A stretch of DNA of 64,000 nucleotides, taken from positions 2,996 through 66,995 of the forward strand of contig JAFROW010000010.1 of assembly GCA_017429505.1 (NCBI GenBank), in the 5' to 3' direction. The notes below the pieces were generated by a model. It had not been told where the DNA came from, did not search any database, and saw only the letters and a list, made by a program, of their open reading frames with translations. The position numbers and the translations under genes were made by a program. The stretch is from Clostridia bacterium (GTDB lineage Bacteria > Bacillota > Clostridia > TANB77 > CAG-508). Below, in pieces: positions 18,175 through 28,975 of the stretch (positions are counted from its first letter, which is position 1; the number at the start of each line of letters is the position of its first letter).

Positions 18175-19746
18175 TTAGTCATAAATATAAAATCTTCCAT
18201 AAGGATGAATTAAATATCCCTCTGTACCATCAGATAATTTTACTTTTATATCAACTGGTGAGTATGCTTCTGCTTTGATAAACTCTATTAATTTAAATTT
18301 TTCATTTTTATCTAACTTATTTATATTATATTTTTTTCCAAAAGCAATTAGTTCTTCTTTATTTGAAGTTCTTGAATTATCTTTTTCAAATTTTTTTAGA
18401 TTTTCTAAATCAGTTGTAAAAAATCCTGTACTTGAAGTATATTCATAATTTTTATTGTAAGAAAAATCTAAAGCATGTTTTTTAAATTTGTTATTTTCTA
18501 TTGTATAATAACAATTAAATACTTGTGGAATTATCCATGGCATATCTCTATGAGCAGAAAGTATTCTACCCTTTCCATCACATAAAAAGCCTCTCTCTAC
18601 ACCAAGTTCGCCCATTTTTATTATTTTATTTCCTACTTTTCTAAAAAAATAATAACCAGGGTCATCACTAGGTCCATCATCATAAACCCAAATATCTAAG
18701 TATTTGTCCCTACTATCTAAATCTACAATCCCAACTGAACCAAATCCATCCCAGTGATCGTAAATTGGCTTTCCATTATATTCGAATGAGTAGTAGTCTC
18801 TATCAGAAGAATATTCTTCTTCTTTTTCATTTATAATGTGTTTTAGTGTAATTTTATCTATAGTTCCATCTGAATCCAAATCATAATTAAAATCCTTATA
18901 ATTTTTAACCTTTTCATTCTCTCTGTATTCTTTTATTATTGATTTTATTTCATAAAAATTTCCAGCTAATTGTGGTACTGTTTTTGAGCTCGTTGATTGT
19001 GAATCTATATTTTTATTCATTGGTTGTGGTCCATCATCTTCATCTATTGATGTTGTATTTTCAGATTCATTACTCTTATTTTCATATCCATTTTCTGCTA
19101 AACTTTTTAATTCTTTTACAGAATCATCTTCACCTATATTTAACTGAAATAACTCCATTTTGTCTAATTTTAAATAATAGTCATTATAAGTTTTTTCTTT
19201 ATCTTCTATTAAATCATATATTAAATATTCTTTTGTATAAGCAGATTCTGACATTACTTCTGTGTAATTTTCTAAGTGATCAATTGGATCACTTGCTTCT
19301 GCTGTAACCATTTTTCCACCTTTGACCTTTTTTTCTTTTTGAACATTCAAAACAAGCTTATTGTTTTCAATTTTCCATTTTCCAATATGACTTATTGTTT
19401 GTCCTTCTTGGTTAAAGTAAGGTAAAGCTATATAAGAGAAATTACCATTGCTCAAAAAATAGTACATCTCTGGATCTCCAGCTCCAATTGAACTTGCAGT
19501 TGAAATAACTTTTCCACTAGTTAAAAATTGTTTTATCTTTTCCTCTTTTTCATTGGATAAATCTGTACCTGTTTTGTTTTCTGAATTTTCATTAGATTGA
19601 GAGGTTGAAATTCCCATCATATTATCTGTTTTTTCATTATTAATTTTATATATATATATTGCCATTATAATAATTATGATTATTGCAAATATTAATAAAA
19701 TTGTAGAAATACTCATTTTTACCTTTTTCTTTTCTTCCATTATCAT
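18175..19746 (-). CDS. hypothetical membrane-anchored extracellular protein (N-terminal TM, 523 aa)
   Basis: Single N-terminal TM helix (ILLIFAIIIIIIMAIYIY). No recognisable domain. Asp-rich C-terminal region. Confidence 0.45.
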   Translation of the reverse strand: MIMEEKKKVKMSISTILLIFAIIIIIIMAIYIYKINNEKTDNMMGISTSQSNENSENKTGTDLSNEKEEKIKQFLTSGKVISTASSIGAGDPEMYYFLSNGNFSYIALPYFNQEGQTISHIGKWKIENNKLVLNVQKEKKVKGGKMVTAEASDPIDHLENYTEVMSESAYTKEYLIYDLIEDKEKTYNDYYLKLDKMELFQLNIGEDDSVKELKSLAENGYENKSNESENTTSIDEDDGPQPMNKNIDSQSTSSKTVPQLAGNFYEIKSIIKEYRENEKVKNYKDFNYDLDSDGTIDKITLKHIINEKEEEYSSDRDYYSFEYNGKPIYDHWDGFGSVGIVDLDSRDKYLDIWVYDDGPSDDPGYYFFRKVGNKIIKMGELGVERGFLCDGKGRILSAHRDMPWIIPQVFNCYYTIENNKFKKHALDFSYNKNYEYTSSTGFFTTDLENLKKFEKDNSRTSNKEELIAFGKKYNINKLDKNEKFKLIEFIKAEAYSPVDIKVKLSDGTEGYLIHPYGRFYIYD

Positions 19747-20004
19747 TCCCTCCTATAATTTATACTATATTATTCTTTTCTTGTCTATCTCGAATCATCT
19801 TATTGGCATATGCAATTTTTTGTGCTTCATGCGCAAAAAAAGAATTCTTTATTTATCATATTAAAAACCATTCCTTTCTGGCTTCTCTCAAAAGCACACA
19901 TAGTTTAAAAAAATATTTCTTTCAAATTATTCCTTCATATTTTGTATTTATAATGAAATAATATCATATTTTATCTGATTTTTCAATACTTTTTTCTTTT
20001 TATA

Positions 20005-20034
20005 TCAAAAAAATTGAGAGCATTTAACTCTCAA
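20005..20034 (-). terminator. rho-independent terminator after the SH3b-CAP gene
   Basis: Stem ttgagag / ctctcaa followed by TTTTTTT on the minus strand. Confidence 0.55.
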
Positions 20035-20039
20035 CTTCG

Positions 20040-20822
20040 TTATTTTCCAATAAACATCTGTACATATATTTTTCCATATTTTGAACCAGTCACAACCCCT
20101 ATACCTGTTTGATTAAAACTTGAATTTAATATATTTGCTCTATGTCCCGGAGAATTCATCCAAGCAGTAACTGCACTACTATTGCTTGAATTTCCAGCAA
20201 TATTTTCACCTGCTGTGTTATATGAAATTTTGAAACTTTTCATCATATCAAAAGGAGAACCATATGTTGGTGAGGTATGTGAAAAATAGTTGTTATTTAC
20301 CATATCTTGAGCTTTTATTCTTGCTACTCTTTGAAGCTCACTATTTTCTTTTAATGGTGATAAACCATTTGCTGTTCTTTGTTTATTTATTAAATCAAAT
20401 ACTTCTTTTTCATCACTATTCATAGTTGTTGAAATTGTACCTGTATTATTATTCGTGTTAGCAGAAGTCCCCATATTTGAGCCACCTGAATTTGAAGCGC
20501 CTTGATTTGAAGCTCCTGGGTAAATTGGCTTTACATATTTTTTACTTACAGCACCAATATAGTCTCCCTCAACTTGCACAACGTACCAATCTCCTACTCC
20601 TGCAAATACTCTTATATATTGATTTTTCGGAACTGATGTAACTATTTTAAATTGTGTTCCTGGACCGCTTCTAACATATAAATTTGTTGCCGTAACTAAC
20701 CCCGTTTGAAAATCAACTTTATAATAGCTTTGCATAGCAAATGACTTTGTTATCATTATTGCTAAAATCACAATTGTAATACATAAAACAATAATTAAAA
20801 ATTTACTTTTATTTGTTTTCAC
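20040..20822 (-). CDS. secreted SH3b-domain + CAP (SCP/YkwD-like) domain protein
   Basis: Signal peptide. SH3_3-like YVRSGPGTQFKIV...GDWYVV. CAP motifs FSHTSP...GENIA...MNSPGHRANIL. Confidence 0.7.
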   Translation of the reverse strand: MKTNKSKFLIIVLCITIVILAIMITKSFAMQSYYKVDFQTGLVTATNLYVRSGPGTQFKIVTSVPKNQYIRVFAGVGDWYVVQVEGDYIGAVSKKYVKPIYPGASNQGASNSGGSNMGTSANTNNNTGTISTTMNSDEKEVFDLINKQRTANGLSPLKENSELQRVARIKAQDMVNNNYFSHTSPTYGSPFDMMKSFKISYNTAGENIAGNSSNSSAVTAWMNSPGHRANILNSSFNQTGIGVVTGSKYGKIYVQMFIGK

Positions 20823-21339
20823 AAAAAATCACATTCCTTTCTTGCCTTACTCAAAGACACACATAATTATGAAAAAATAATTATTTTTAAAGCTTGAGTT
20901 CATTCTTTACCTTTATTAAACATATTTTATTACTAAAATATTATTCATAAAATATATTAACTTTTCAAAAAAATTTGTAAAGACTTTTTCTTACCAAACA
21001 AAGAGCAAGAAACATACATAAATAATATTCCTGTTATTTGCGAAAATTCATTTCAAGCTGTTTTTATTGTTTTATTGAGCTCTAAAAACATTTTTTAATC
21101 TAAAAATCGCTTACGGTTGAACCTCACGTTACTATCAAAAAATGGGGTCTATACAAATTTTAATAAAAATAATTATATATTTTCTAAAAAATAAACTTAA
21201 TGGAAAACTTTTCAATTGATTATACTTAAAAAATATGTTATTATAAACTATGTAAAGCTTCTTTTTAGTAAAAAACGATTAGCTACAAAATTATATATCT
21301 TCTTCATTCTGATTATTATTTGTGATGGAGGTTTTTCTA

Positions 21340-21602
21340 TGTTAAAACAAATGTTAAATATAATTATAGATACTTTAAAAAATTTAGATAAAAAAATTAT
21401 AAAAATATTAAAATATGGACTTAAATTTTGTTTTGCAATTTTACTTTTGTCTACAATAATTCTTGTTACATATTTATTTTTTGTACATAGTGATTTTGTT
21501 TTTCAAATTGGCTTACTTACTTTTCAAATTGGACTTTGTTTTATTGCGGAGTTTTTTGCTTCTGCAATTGCAGTTGATACAATTAGTAAACAGAGTTTGT
21601 AA
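21340..21602 (+). CDS. small hypothetical membrane protein (probably starts at the internal Met of the 21216..21602 ORF)
   Basis: Two predicted TM helices. Only sizeable plus-strand ORF in a long intergenic stretch. Weak evidence. Confidence 0.25.
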
Positions 21603-21976
21603 AATATTAATTTTTACATTTATTTATATAAACTTTATAATATTCAAATATAAAAATTAAAATAGTTGGAAATTTCCGAATAGGTTTTATTTTAGTTTTA
21701 AGCTAATATTTTTACACTATTAATGAAAAATAACTCTTTATGCTAATAACTCATCTTTATTAGTTATTTCGCATTAATTTAACTAAAAATATTGTCAATG
21801 TCGTCAATGCTATGTGGAACTTTCCAACTATTTTATTAATTACTATTTAAAATTATATAATATTCTTTTCAAATTTTTGCTGCATATATTTTTACGATAA
21901 TCATCAAAAATTAAATTCTTTTTTATAGAGCTTGAAAAATCTATCAAGCATTTTTTATTTATTATATTCAAAAAAA

Positions 21977-22819
21977 CTATATATTTTTTATATTTATTCC
22001 TTGCTCAGTTAGCAGTTTATTTATTTTATTAGTGTCATGGTACTTTCCTTGCTTTATCTCATAAATAGCTCCCTTTGAAATTCTATCAAAGCTTTCTTCT
22101 ATTTCTTTATCGATATCATATTGCACTTGAATAAAATCTATATCTAATGTATTATGTTCTTTTGAATCCATTGCACCTTCAATTATTACGTAATTTGCAC
22201 ATGTTGTATTTAATATATTTCCATCTTTCTTTTCATTTCTTATATATTCTAAATTATTTCCTACACTCCCACAACAAATTAAAGTGCGGTTATACATTTT
22301 GTTCATTAGCTGAATGTGAATATGCCCATAAATAACTACATCTGCTATATTATCTGAAATGGTTAAAGAATTTGCTTCAAACATTTGAAACTTTTTATCA
22401 ATACTTGCCCACTCCCCAACATTTGAATAATTATATAAAGAATCAGGTCCTGCATGAAATAGCCTTACAAGCCTTCCGCTTAAATAGAATTCATAACAAT
22501 ATGGCAAACTTTTTAAATATTCCTTATTTTCAGGTGTAATTTGTTTGTCATATTTTATTATTCTTTGTTTTTCAATTTCGTCTACTTGTGTTAAATCATG
22601 TTTACTAGCAAAGTATTCATCACAATTGCCACATAATACAACATCACAATTTTTTCTAATTAAATCAACACATTCATTTGAAAATGCACCTTTAGATATA
22701 ATATCACCCAAACAAATAATTATATCACATTTTCTTCTTTTTATATCTTCTAAAGTTGTTTTTAGTGCCTCTCTATTGCCATGAATATCAGAAATAATTG
22801 CTATTTTAGTCATTTTCAC
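21977..22819 (-). CDS. metallophosphoesterase (calcineurin-like phosphoesterase family)
   Basis: IISDIHGN ... GDII ... GHIH motifs. Confidence 0.75.
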   Translation of the reverse strand: MKMTKIAIISDIHGNREALKTTLEDIKRRKCDIIICLGDIISKGAFSNECVDLIRKNCDVVLCGNCDEYFASKHDLTQVDEIEKQRIIKYDKQITPENKEYLKSLPYCYEFYLSGRLVRLFHAGPDSLYNYSNVGEWASIDKKFQMFEANSLTISDNIADVVIYGHIHIQLMNKMYNRTLICCGSVGNNLEYIRNEKKDGNILNTTCANYVIIEGAMDSKEHNTLDIDFIQVQYDIDKEIEESFDRISKGAIYEIKQGKYHDTNKINKLLTEQGINIKNI

Positions 22820-22887
22820 ATACCTTCCTTTTCAAATGTTACAATTTTTATTATTACAAAAATCTTTCTTTTTTGTTATTCACTGAT

Positions 22888-24324
22888 TTATTTATTCATC
22901 TCTTCTACAAACAATTTATTAAGCATTTGTGGATTTGCTTTTCCTTTGGTAGCTTTCATAGCTTGTCCAACTAAAAATCCTAAAGCTCTATCTTTTCCTG
23001 CTTTAAAGTCCGCAATAGACTGAGGATTTTCTTCTAAGATTTGAACAACCACTTTTCTAATTTCACCTTCATCAGATATTTGAGCCCATCCTTTTTCTTT
23101 TACAATTTCTTCTGGCTCTCTTGGATTTTCAAACATTTCTTCAAGAACTTTTTTTCCTATACTTGAGCTTATTGTTCCTTTATCTATAATTTGGACCATG
23201 TGAGCTAAGTGTTCTGCTGTAAAAGGAATTGCAGATGGCTCCATCTCTTTTTCATTTAAAATTCTTGAAATATCTGAAATAATCCAATTACTTACTGCTT
23301 TTCTATTTCCACAAATTTCAGATGCTGCTTCAAATAAATCTGAAAGATATTTTGAAGCTGTTATAATTCCAACTTCTTTTTCTGTCATATTGTATTCATT
23401 AAAATATCTTTCTCTTCTACTTTCAGGAAGTTCTGGAAGATTTTGCTTAATATTCTCAATATATTCATCTGAAAGTTTTATTGCAACTAAATCTGGTTCA
23501 GGAAAATATCTGTAATCATCTGCATTTTCTTTATCTCTTGTTGAAAAAGTTTTTCCAGACACATCATCCCATCTTAAGGTTTGTTGTTTTACCCTTTCTC
23601 CTGCTTCTAATAAATCAATTTGTCTTTCTATTTCATATTCAATTTCTCTTACAATGCTTCTAAAAGAACTCATATTTTTACATTCTGTACGCGTTCCAAG
23701 TTTCTCACCTTTTTTATGTACTGAAACATTTACATCTGCTCTATAAGATCCTTCTTCCATCTTACAATCTGAAACTTCAATGTATTCCAAAATTGATTTT
23801 AACTTTTTAAGATATGCGTCCGCTTCTTCAGGTGATGCAATATCAGGCTCTGAAACTATTTCTATAAGTGGAACTCCAGCTCTGTTTAAATCTACCAAAC
23901 TATCTCCACTAAAATCATCATGATTTAGTTTTCCAGCATCATCTTCTATATGAATTCTTAAAATTCTTATTCTCTTCTTACCATTTTCTGTATCTATTTC
24001 TATATATCCGTGTTCACAAAGAGGTTTATCAAATTGAGATATTTGATATGCTCTTGGTGTATCTGGATAAAAATAATTCTTTCTATCATTTTTACTATCT
24101 TGTGAAATAGTACAATTTGTTGCAAGTCCAGCTTTTACAGCATATTCTACAACTTTTTCGTTCAGTACAGGTAATGCTCCTGGCATTCCCATACATACTG
24201 GGCAAACTTGTGTATTTGGCGCACCTCCAAATTTTGTACTACAATTGCAAAAAATTTTTGTTTTTGTTGAAAGTTCTGCGTGGACTTCAAGTCCTATAAC
24301 TGCTTCATAATTATCTCTTGACAT
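22888..24324 (-). CDS. gatB: Asp-tRNA(Asn)/Glu-tRNA(Gln) amidotransferase subunit B
   Basis: 478 aa. N-terminal YEAVIGLEVHAEL. C-terminal GatB_Yqey domain. Confidence 0.95.
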   Translation of the reverse strand: MSRDNYEAVIGLEVHAELSTKTKIFCNCSTKFGGAPNTQVCPVCMGMPGALPVLNEKVVEYAVKAGLATNCTISQDSKNDRKNYFYPDTPRAYQISQFDKPLCEHGYIEIDTENGKKRIRILRIHIEDDAGKLNHDDFSGDSLVDLNRAGVPLIEIVSEPDIASPEEADAYLKKLKSILEYIEVSDCKMEEGSYRADVNVSVHKKGEKLGTRTECKNMSSFRSIVREIEYEIERQIDLLEAGERVKQQTLRWDDVSGKTFSTRDKENADDYRYFPEPDLVAIKLSDEYIENIKQNLPELPESRRERYFNEYNMTEKEVGIITASKYLSDLFEAASEICGNRKAVSNWIISDISRILNEKEMEPSAIPFTAEHLAHMVQIIDKGTISSSIGKKVLEEMFENPREPEEIVKEKGWAQISDEGEIRKVVVQILEENPQSIADFKAGKDRALGFLVGQAMKATKGKANPQMLNKLFVEEMNK

Positions 24325-25799
24325 TATTTCGCCCCCTTAAATTCAGGTCTAAATTTTTCTCTAAACTTAATCTCTTTTTCCATTGCATAAGCTGTATTTA
24401 GTATTGTTTCCTCATCAAACTTCTTTCCTATCAATTGCATTCCAATTGGAAGTCCTTTGCTATCTAATCCAACAGGAATAGAAATTCCTGGAAGTCCTGC
24501 AACATTTATCGAAACTGTACAAATATCTGCTAAATACATTTCTAGAGGATTCTTTGTTTTTTCTCCTATTCCAAAAGCTGTTGTTGGTGATGTTGGTGTA
24601 AGAATCACATCATATTTTTCAAATCCTTTATTAAATTCATTTATAACCATTGTACGAACTTTTTGCGCTTTTTTGTAATATGCATCATAATAACCTGAAG
24701 AAAGTACATAAGTTCCAAGTATTATTCTTCTTTTAACTTCTGCTCCAAATCCTTCGCTTCTTGACTTTTTGAATATTTCTTCTAAAGTTGTTGCATTTGG
24801 AGATCTATATGTGTATCTGATTCCATCAAATCTTCCCAGATTTGAGCTAGCTTCAGCACATACTATCACATAATATGCTGCTAATGAGTATTTTGCAATG
24901 TCTAGTGAGAATTCTTCTATTTCTGCTCCTAATTCTTTGTATTTTTCTATTGTTTTATATAAAGCCTCTTTTACTTCTTCATCTATTCCTTCTCCATAAA
25001 ACTCTTTTGGAACGCCTATCTTCAATCCTTTTATGCTTCCTGTTAAAGCATTTACATAGTCTTTTTTAGGTACATCTACAGATGTTGAATCCTTTTCATC
25101 ATGACCTGCAATTAATCCTAAAAGCATAGCACTATCCCTTACGTCTTTCGTTATAACTCCTATTTGATCTAAGCTTGATGCATATGCAACTAGTCCATAT
25201 CTTGAAACAAGTCCATAAGTTGGCTTTAGTCCAACAACTCCACAAAATGAAGCAGGTAGCCTAATACTTCCTCCTGTATCAGACCCAAGTGCCCATGGGA
25301 CCATATTTGCAGCTACAGCAGCTGCAGAACCACCAGAAGAACCTCCAGGAACTTTTGATAAATCCCATGGATTTTTTGTTATTTTAAATGCTGAATTTTC
25401 TGTTGATGTTCCCATTGCAAATTCATCCATATTTAGTTTTCCTAAGTTGATTAAGTTTTCAGCATTTATTTTTTCCATAACTGTTGCATCATAAGGAGAT
25501 ACAAAATTTTCTAATATTTTTGAAGCACATGTTGTCTTTATTCCTTTTGTACAAATATTATCTTTTATTCCAATTGGAATTCCTGCTAAATTACCATCAA
25601 GTTCTCCTTTTTCTTTTTTATTTTGTATATCCTCAGCTTGTTTTATTGCCTCTTCTGTTAAAGTTGTTATAAAAGCTTCTACTTGTGGCTCTTTTTCTTT
25701 TATTCTTTCCACATATGCTTTTGTAATATCTGTTATTGCTAATTCCTTATTATTTAGTTTTTCACATAATTCATGAACTGTTAAGTCTGTAATGTTCAT
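24324..25799 (-). CDS. gatA: Glu-tRNA(Gln) amidotransferase subunit A (amidase signature family)
   Basis: Amidase signature [13 protein letters not shown]. 491 aa. Confidence 0.95.
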   Translation of the reverse strand: MNITDLTVHELCEKLNNKELAITDITKAYVERIKEKEPQVEAFITTLTEEAIKQAEDIQNKKEKGELDGNLAGIPIGIKDNICTKGIKTTCASKILENFVSPYDATVMEKINAENLINLGKLNMDEFAMGTSTENSAFKITKNPWDLSKVPGGSSGGSAAAVAANMVPWALGSDTGGSIRLPASFCGVVGLKPTYGLVSRYGLVAYASSLDQIGVITKDVRDSAMLLGLIAGHDEKDSTSVDVPKKDYVNALTGSIKGLKIGVPKEFYGEGIDEEVKEALYKTIEKYKELGAEIEEFSLDIAKYSLAAYYVIVCAEASSNLGRFDGIRYTYRSPNATTLEEIFKKSRSEGFGAEVKRRIILGTYVLSSGYYDAYYKKAQKVRTMVINEFNKGFEKYDVILTPTSPTTAFGIGEKTKNPLEMYLADICTVSINVAGLPGISIPVGLDSKGLPIGMQLIGKKFDEETILNTAYAMEKEIKFREKFRPEFKGAK

Positions 25800-25814
25800 T
25801 TTAGTCCTCCTTTT

Positions 25815-26186
25815 TCATGTTGATTGATTAAATATTATTATTAAAAATATAATTATTAAAATATAAATTATTATTTCTATTATAGCTATAAATATCTTAT
25901 TCTTACTTTTTATCATATCTATTATGTATTTTATAGTAAAACAAAGAGCTGGTATTGCTATTACTATACTCATCAATAATACTAAATATATAAAAGGTAA
26001 TATTGCTATTAGTCCAAAATAATCACCTATGCCACCTTTCAAATATATACCATTAATTCTTAAATATACCATAAATAAAATGAAACTATATATTGGGCAT
26101 AATGATATAATAAAACTAATACTATTTTTTAAAATCAAGTTTTTATTTTCATTATTATTTTTCATAGTTGTTCTCCATTTTTTCAA
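25815..26186 (-). CDS. hypothetical small polytopic membrane protein inserted between gatC and gatA
   Basis: 123-aa ORF with 3 predicted TM helices. Tightly packed: 0-nt gap to gatC, 15 nt to gatA. Confidence 0.45.
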   Translation of the reverse strand: MKKWRTTMKNNNENKNLILKNSISFIISLCPIYSFILFMVYLRINGIYLKGGIGDYFGLIAILPFIYLVLLMSIVIAIPALCFTIKYIIDMIKSKNKIFIAIIEIIIYILIIIFLIIIFNQST

Positions 26187-26480
26187 CTATTGTACTACTT
26201 TTGGTATTTTAAACATGTTCTGTTCCAAACTTGGTGCATTTTGAAGTAAACCTTGGGTATTATCAAATTCTTTTACTTCATCTTTTCTAAATACATTCTT
26301 CGCTTCATTTGAACCAATTGTAATATCTAAATTGTCGACATTTGCACTATTTATTGTATTTGCAAAATCAAGTATTTCTTGTAGATTTTTTAAATATTCA
26401 TCTACTTCATTTTCTTCAATTATTAAATCTGATAAATCAGCTATATGTAATAATTCTTCTTTACTAACATGCATTTTCAT
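26187..26480 (-). CDS. gatC: Glu-tRNA(Gln) amidotransferase subunit C
   Basis: 97 aa. SKEELLHIADLSDLIIEENE matches GatC. Confidence 0.85.
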   Translation of the reverse strand: MKMHVSKEELLHIADLSDLIIEENEVDEYLKNLQEILDFANTINSANVDNLDITIGSNEAKNVFRKDEVKEFDNTQGLLQNAPSLEQNMFKIPKVVQ

Positions 26481-26557
26481 ACCTCCATATATAAATTTTT
26501 GATATTGATTTGATTTATTTTATCTTTTTGTTTGCTTTTTAAATCTACTAAAAATGT

Positions 26558-27931
26558 TTATTTTTCAATCGTTTCTTTTTTTTCATAATTCTTTATAGCT
26601 TTTTTAAACAATAAAATTGCTATAACCATTGTAACAATTTCAGCAATTGTTACAGCCCACCAGAAAATTGAAACTCCAAAAGTATTTTTCAATAAATAAA
26701 CTATAGGTAGTGTAATAGCTATTTTTCTGCATATGGTAATTATTAAGCTATATGAACCATTTCCAAAACTTTGAAAAGTTGAAGATAATACTAAACTTAC
26801 TCCTGCAAATATTAATCCGATTCCTAAAACTCTAAATGCTTCTATTCCCATATTTATAGTTATTTCTGTTTTGGTGAACCAGCCAATTAATGTAGATGGG
26901 AAAGCCATAAATATTATTGTTCCAATTGCTGTTATTACAATTGATATTTTTAAGAAATATTTTATTGTCTCTTTTACCCTATCATAATTTTTTGCTCCCA
27001 AGTTGTATCCTACTATTGGTATCATTCCATAATTTAGTCCATAAATTGTAATTAATACGAATTTTTGAACTCTTTCATAAATACCCCAAATGTCTACTGC
27101 TGAATCTCCAAAATCAATTAGAATTTTATTAAAGATAAATACTATCATAGATGTAACAATTTCTAATAATGTGGTTGGAAATCCAACTTTATAAATATCT
27201 TTAACAATACGTTTTTCTATTCTTGTATTTTTTAAATCTGATAAATTAAACATTTTGTATTTAAAAAATACTAAATATGTACCATAAACCATCCCAACAA
27301 TTTGTCCTAATATTGTTGCTATTGCAGCACCTTTAATTCCCATAGGTTTAAAAATCAAAAATCCAAAAATAAAGATTGGATCTAATATTAAATTAATAAC
27401 TGCTCCAATAATTTGAACATACATACTATCTTTAGTTTTTCCATGTGCTTCAAGTATTTTTTCAAAAGTTATTTGAAAAAGTGTTCCAAAAGAAAATATT
27501 CCAAGAATTTTTATATATGTTGCACCTAAATCGATAATCTCCTGATTTTTTGTAAAAAACTCAAATATCATATTAGAAAAAATTGCAATTATTATTGCAA
27601 CAATTATCCAACTAATAATTGTTAATTTTATTCCATTGATTATAACTGCTTTGCATTTTTCTGCATTTTTCTCACCTAAAGTTCTTGATAGTAAAGAATT
27701 TATTCCAATAGCTAATCCTAATCCAATTGCTGTAATTACATTTTGTATTGGATATGCAAGCGAAATAGCAGTTAATGCTGAATCTCCTGTTTTAGATACA
27801 AATATAGTATCAACAATTCCATATAATGCTATAGAAATCATAGATATAATCATAGGTAATGAAATCTTCCATGCAAGTTTTGATATTTTCATTTTTTCCA
27901 TATCTATCGCTTCGTCCAATTCTGTCCACAT
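26558..27931 (-). CDS. MATE-family efflux transporter
   Basis: 457 aa, 12 TM helices, duplicated MatE-like halves. Confidence 0.85.
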   Translation of the reverse strand: MWTELDEAIDMEKMKISKLAWKISLPMIISMISIALYGIVDTIFVSKTGDSALTAISLAYPIQNVITAIGLGLAIGINSLLSRTLGEKNAEKCKAVIINGIKLTIISWIIVAIIIAIFSNMIFEFFTKNQEIIDLGATYIKILGIFSFGTLFQITFEKILEAHGKTKDSMYVQIIGAVINLILDPIFIFGFLIFKPMGIKGAAIATILGQIVGMVYGTYLVFFKYKMFNLSDLKNTRIEKRIVKDIYKVGFPTTLLEIVTSMIVFIFNKILIDFGDSAVDIWGIYERVQKFVLITIYGLNYGMIPIVGYNLGAKNYDRVKETIKYFLKISIVITAIGTIIFMAFPSTLIGWFTKTEITINMGIEAFRVLGIGLIFAGVSLVLSSTFQSFGNGSYSLIITICRKIAITLPIVYLLKNTFGVSIFWWAVTIAEIVTMVIAILLFKKAIKNYEKKETIEK

Positions 27932-28054
27932 TCCTTCCTAATTTATTATTTATTCTTAGACAATATATTTTTTTATTTATTAAAAACTTTTTGTATGTAT
28001 ATAATAGTTTTTTTGTGCTTTATATACTTCAAAATTTAGCTTTTCACTATACAA

Positions 28055-28906
28055 TTATACTATCCCTATCACTTGCAACACAATTCCTGAAAGTACTCCA
28101 ATTACATAAAGCAAACCTACTATTGTAATATTTTCTTTAATATTTTTATTTGTTCTAAATAAAATAATAATTCCTACTCCTGCACCTGTTAAAAGTCCTG
28201 CTATAAGTGAAGCACCACTTATTATGTTTTGTATGTATAAGTTTGTAATAATTACAGAAGCTGCACAATTTGGTATTAATCCAATTAAACTTGAGATTGC
28301 AGGTCCTAAAATCGCATGATTTCCTACAAATGAAGCAATATTATCTTCTCCAACCCACTCAACAATTAAATTTATTATAAGTGTTATAACAAAAATATAT
28401 ATTAATATATTTATTGTGTGTTTTATTGCTGATTTGAATATTCCGTTTTCCTCACAATGGCAATGTTCATGTTCACATATTTCTTCTATTTTTTCTTCTT
28501 GTTTTTCTTTGTTTTTAATTCTTAAAATAAAATCAATTATAAATCCAAAAATTATACCTATTACAAATTTTATTGCAAGTATTTTTGCAAGTGTTAAAAT
28601 CGGAACTTTTTCTGATATAAATACTGGTATCATTTCATCTGATGTTGATAAATATACAGCCATTAAAGTTCCAAGACTTATTACTCTTGCTGAATACAAA
28701 TTAGTTGCTGAAGCCGAAAATCCACATTGTGGAATTATTCCTACTGTGCTTCCTAATAATGGTCCCCATTTTCCTGCTTTTTTTATTGTTATTTTAGATT
28801 TTTCGCTCATTTTGTGTTCTATGTATTCCATTATCAGATATGTAACAAATAAAAATGGTAAAATTTTGACTGAATCTATAATTGCATCTAGTAAAATTTC
28901 TGTCAT
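28055..28906 (-). CDS. polytopic membrane protein with a His/Cys-rich cytoplasmic loop (putative metal-ion permease, ArsP_2/DUF2899-like)
   Basis: 283 aa with ~8 TM helices. IPQCGFSASATNLY motif and an EHEHCHCEENG loop. Confidence 0.4.
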   Translation of the reverse strand: MTEILLDAIIDSVKILPFLFVTYLIMEYIEHKMSEKSKITIKKAGKWGPLLGSTVGIIPQCGFSASATNLYSARVISLGTLMAVYLSTSDEMIPVFISEKVPILTLAKILAIKFVIGIIFGFIIDFILRIKNKEKQEEKIEEICEHEHCHCEENGIFKSAIKHTINILIYIFVITLIINLIVEWVGEDNIASFVGNHAILGPAISSLIGLIPNCAASVIITNLYIQNIISGASLIAGLLTGAGVGIIILFRTNKNIKENITIVGLLYVIGVLSGIVLQVIGIV

Positions 28907-28975
28907 ATTTTTACATTCCTTTCACAAATTACAACTTTTCAGTTGGAAAAGATTTAAATTATAATTATTTTTCAA

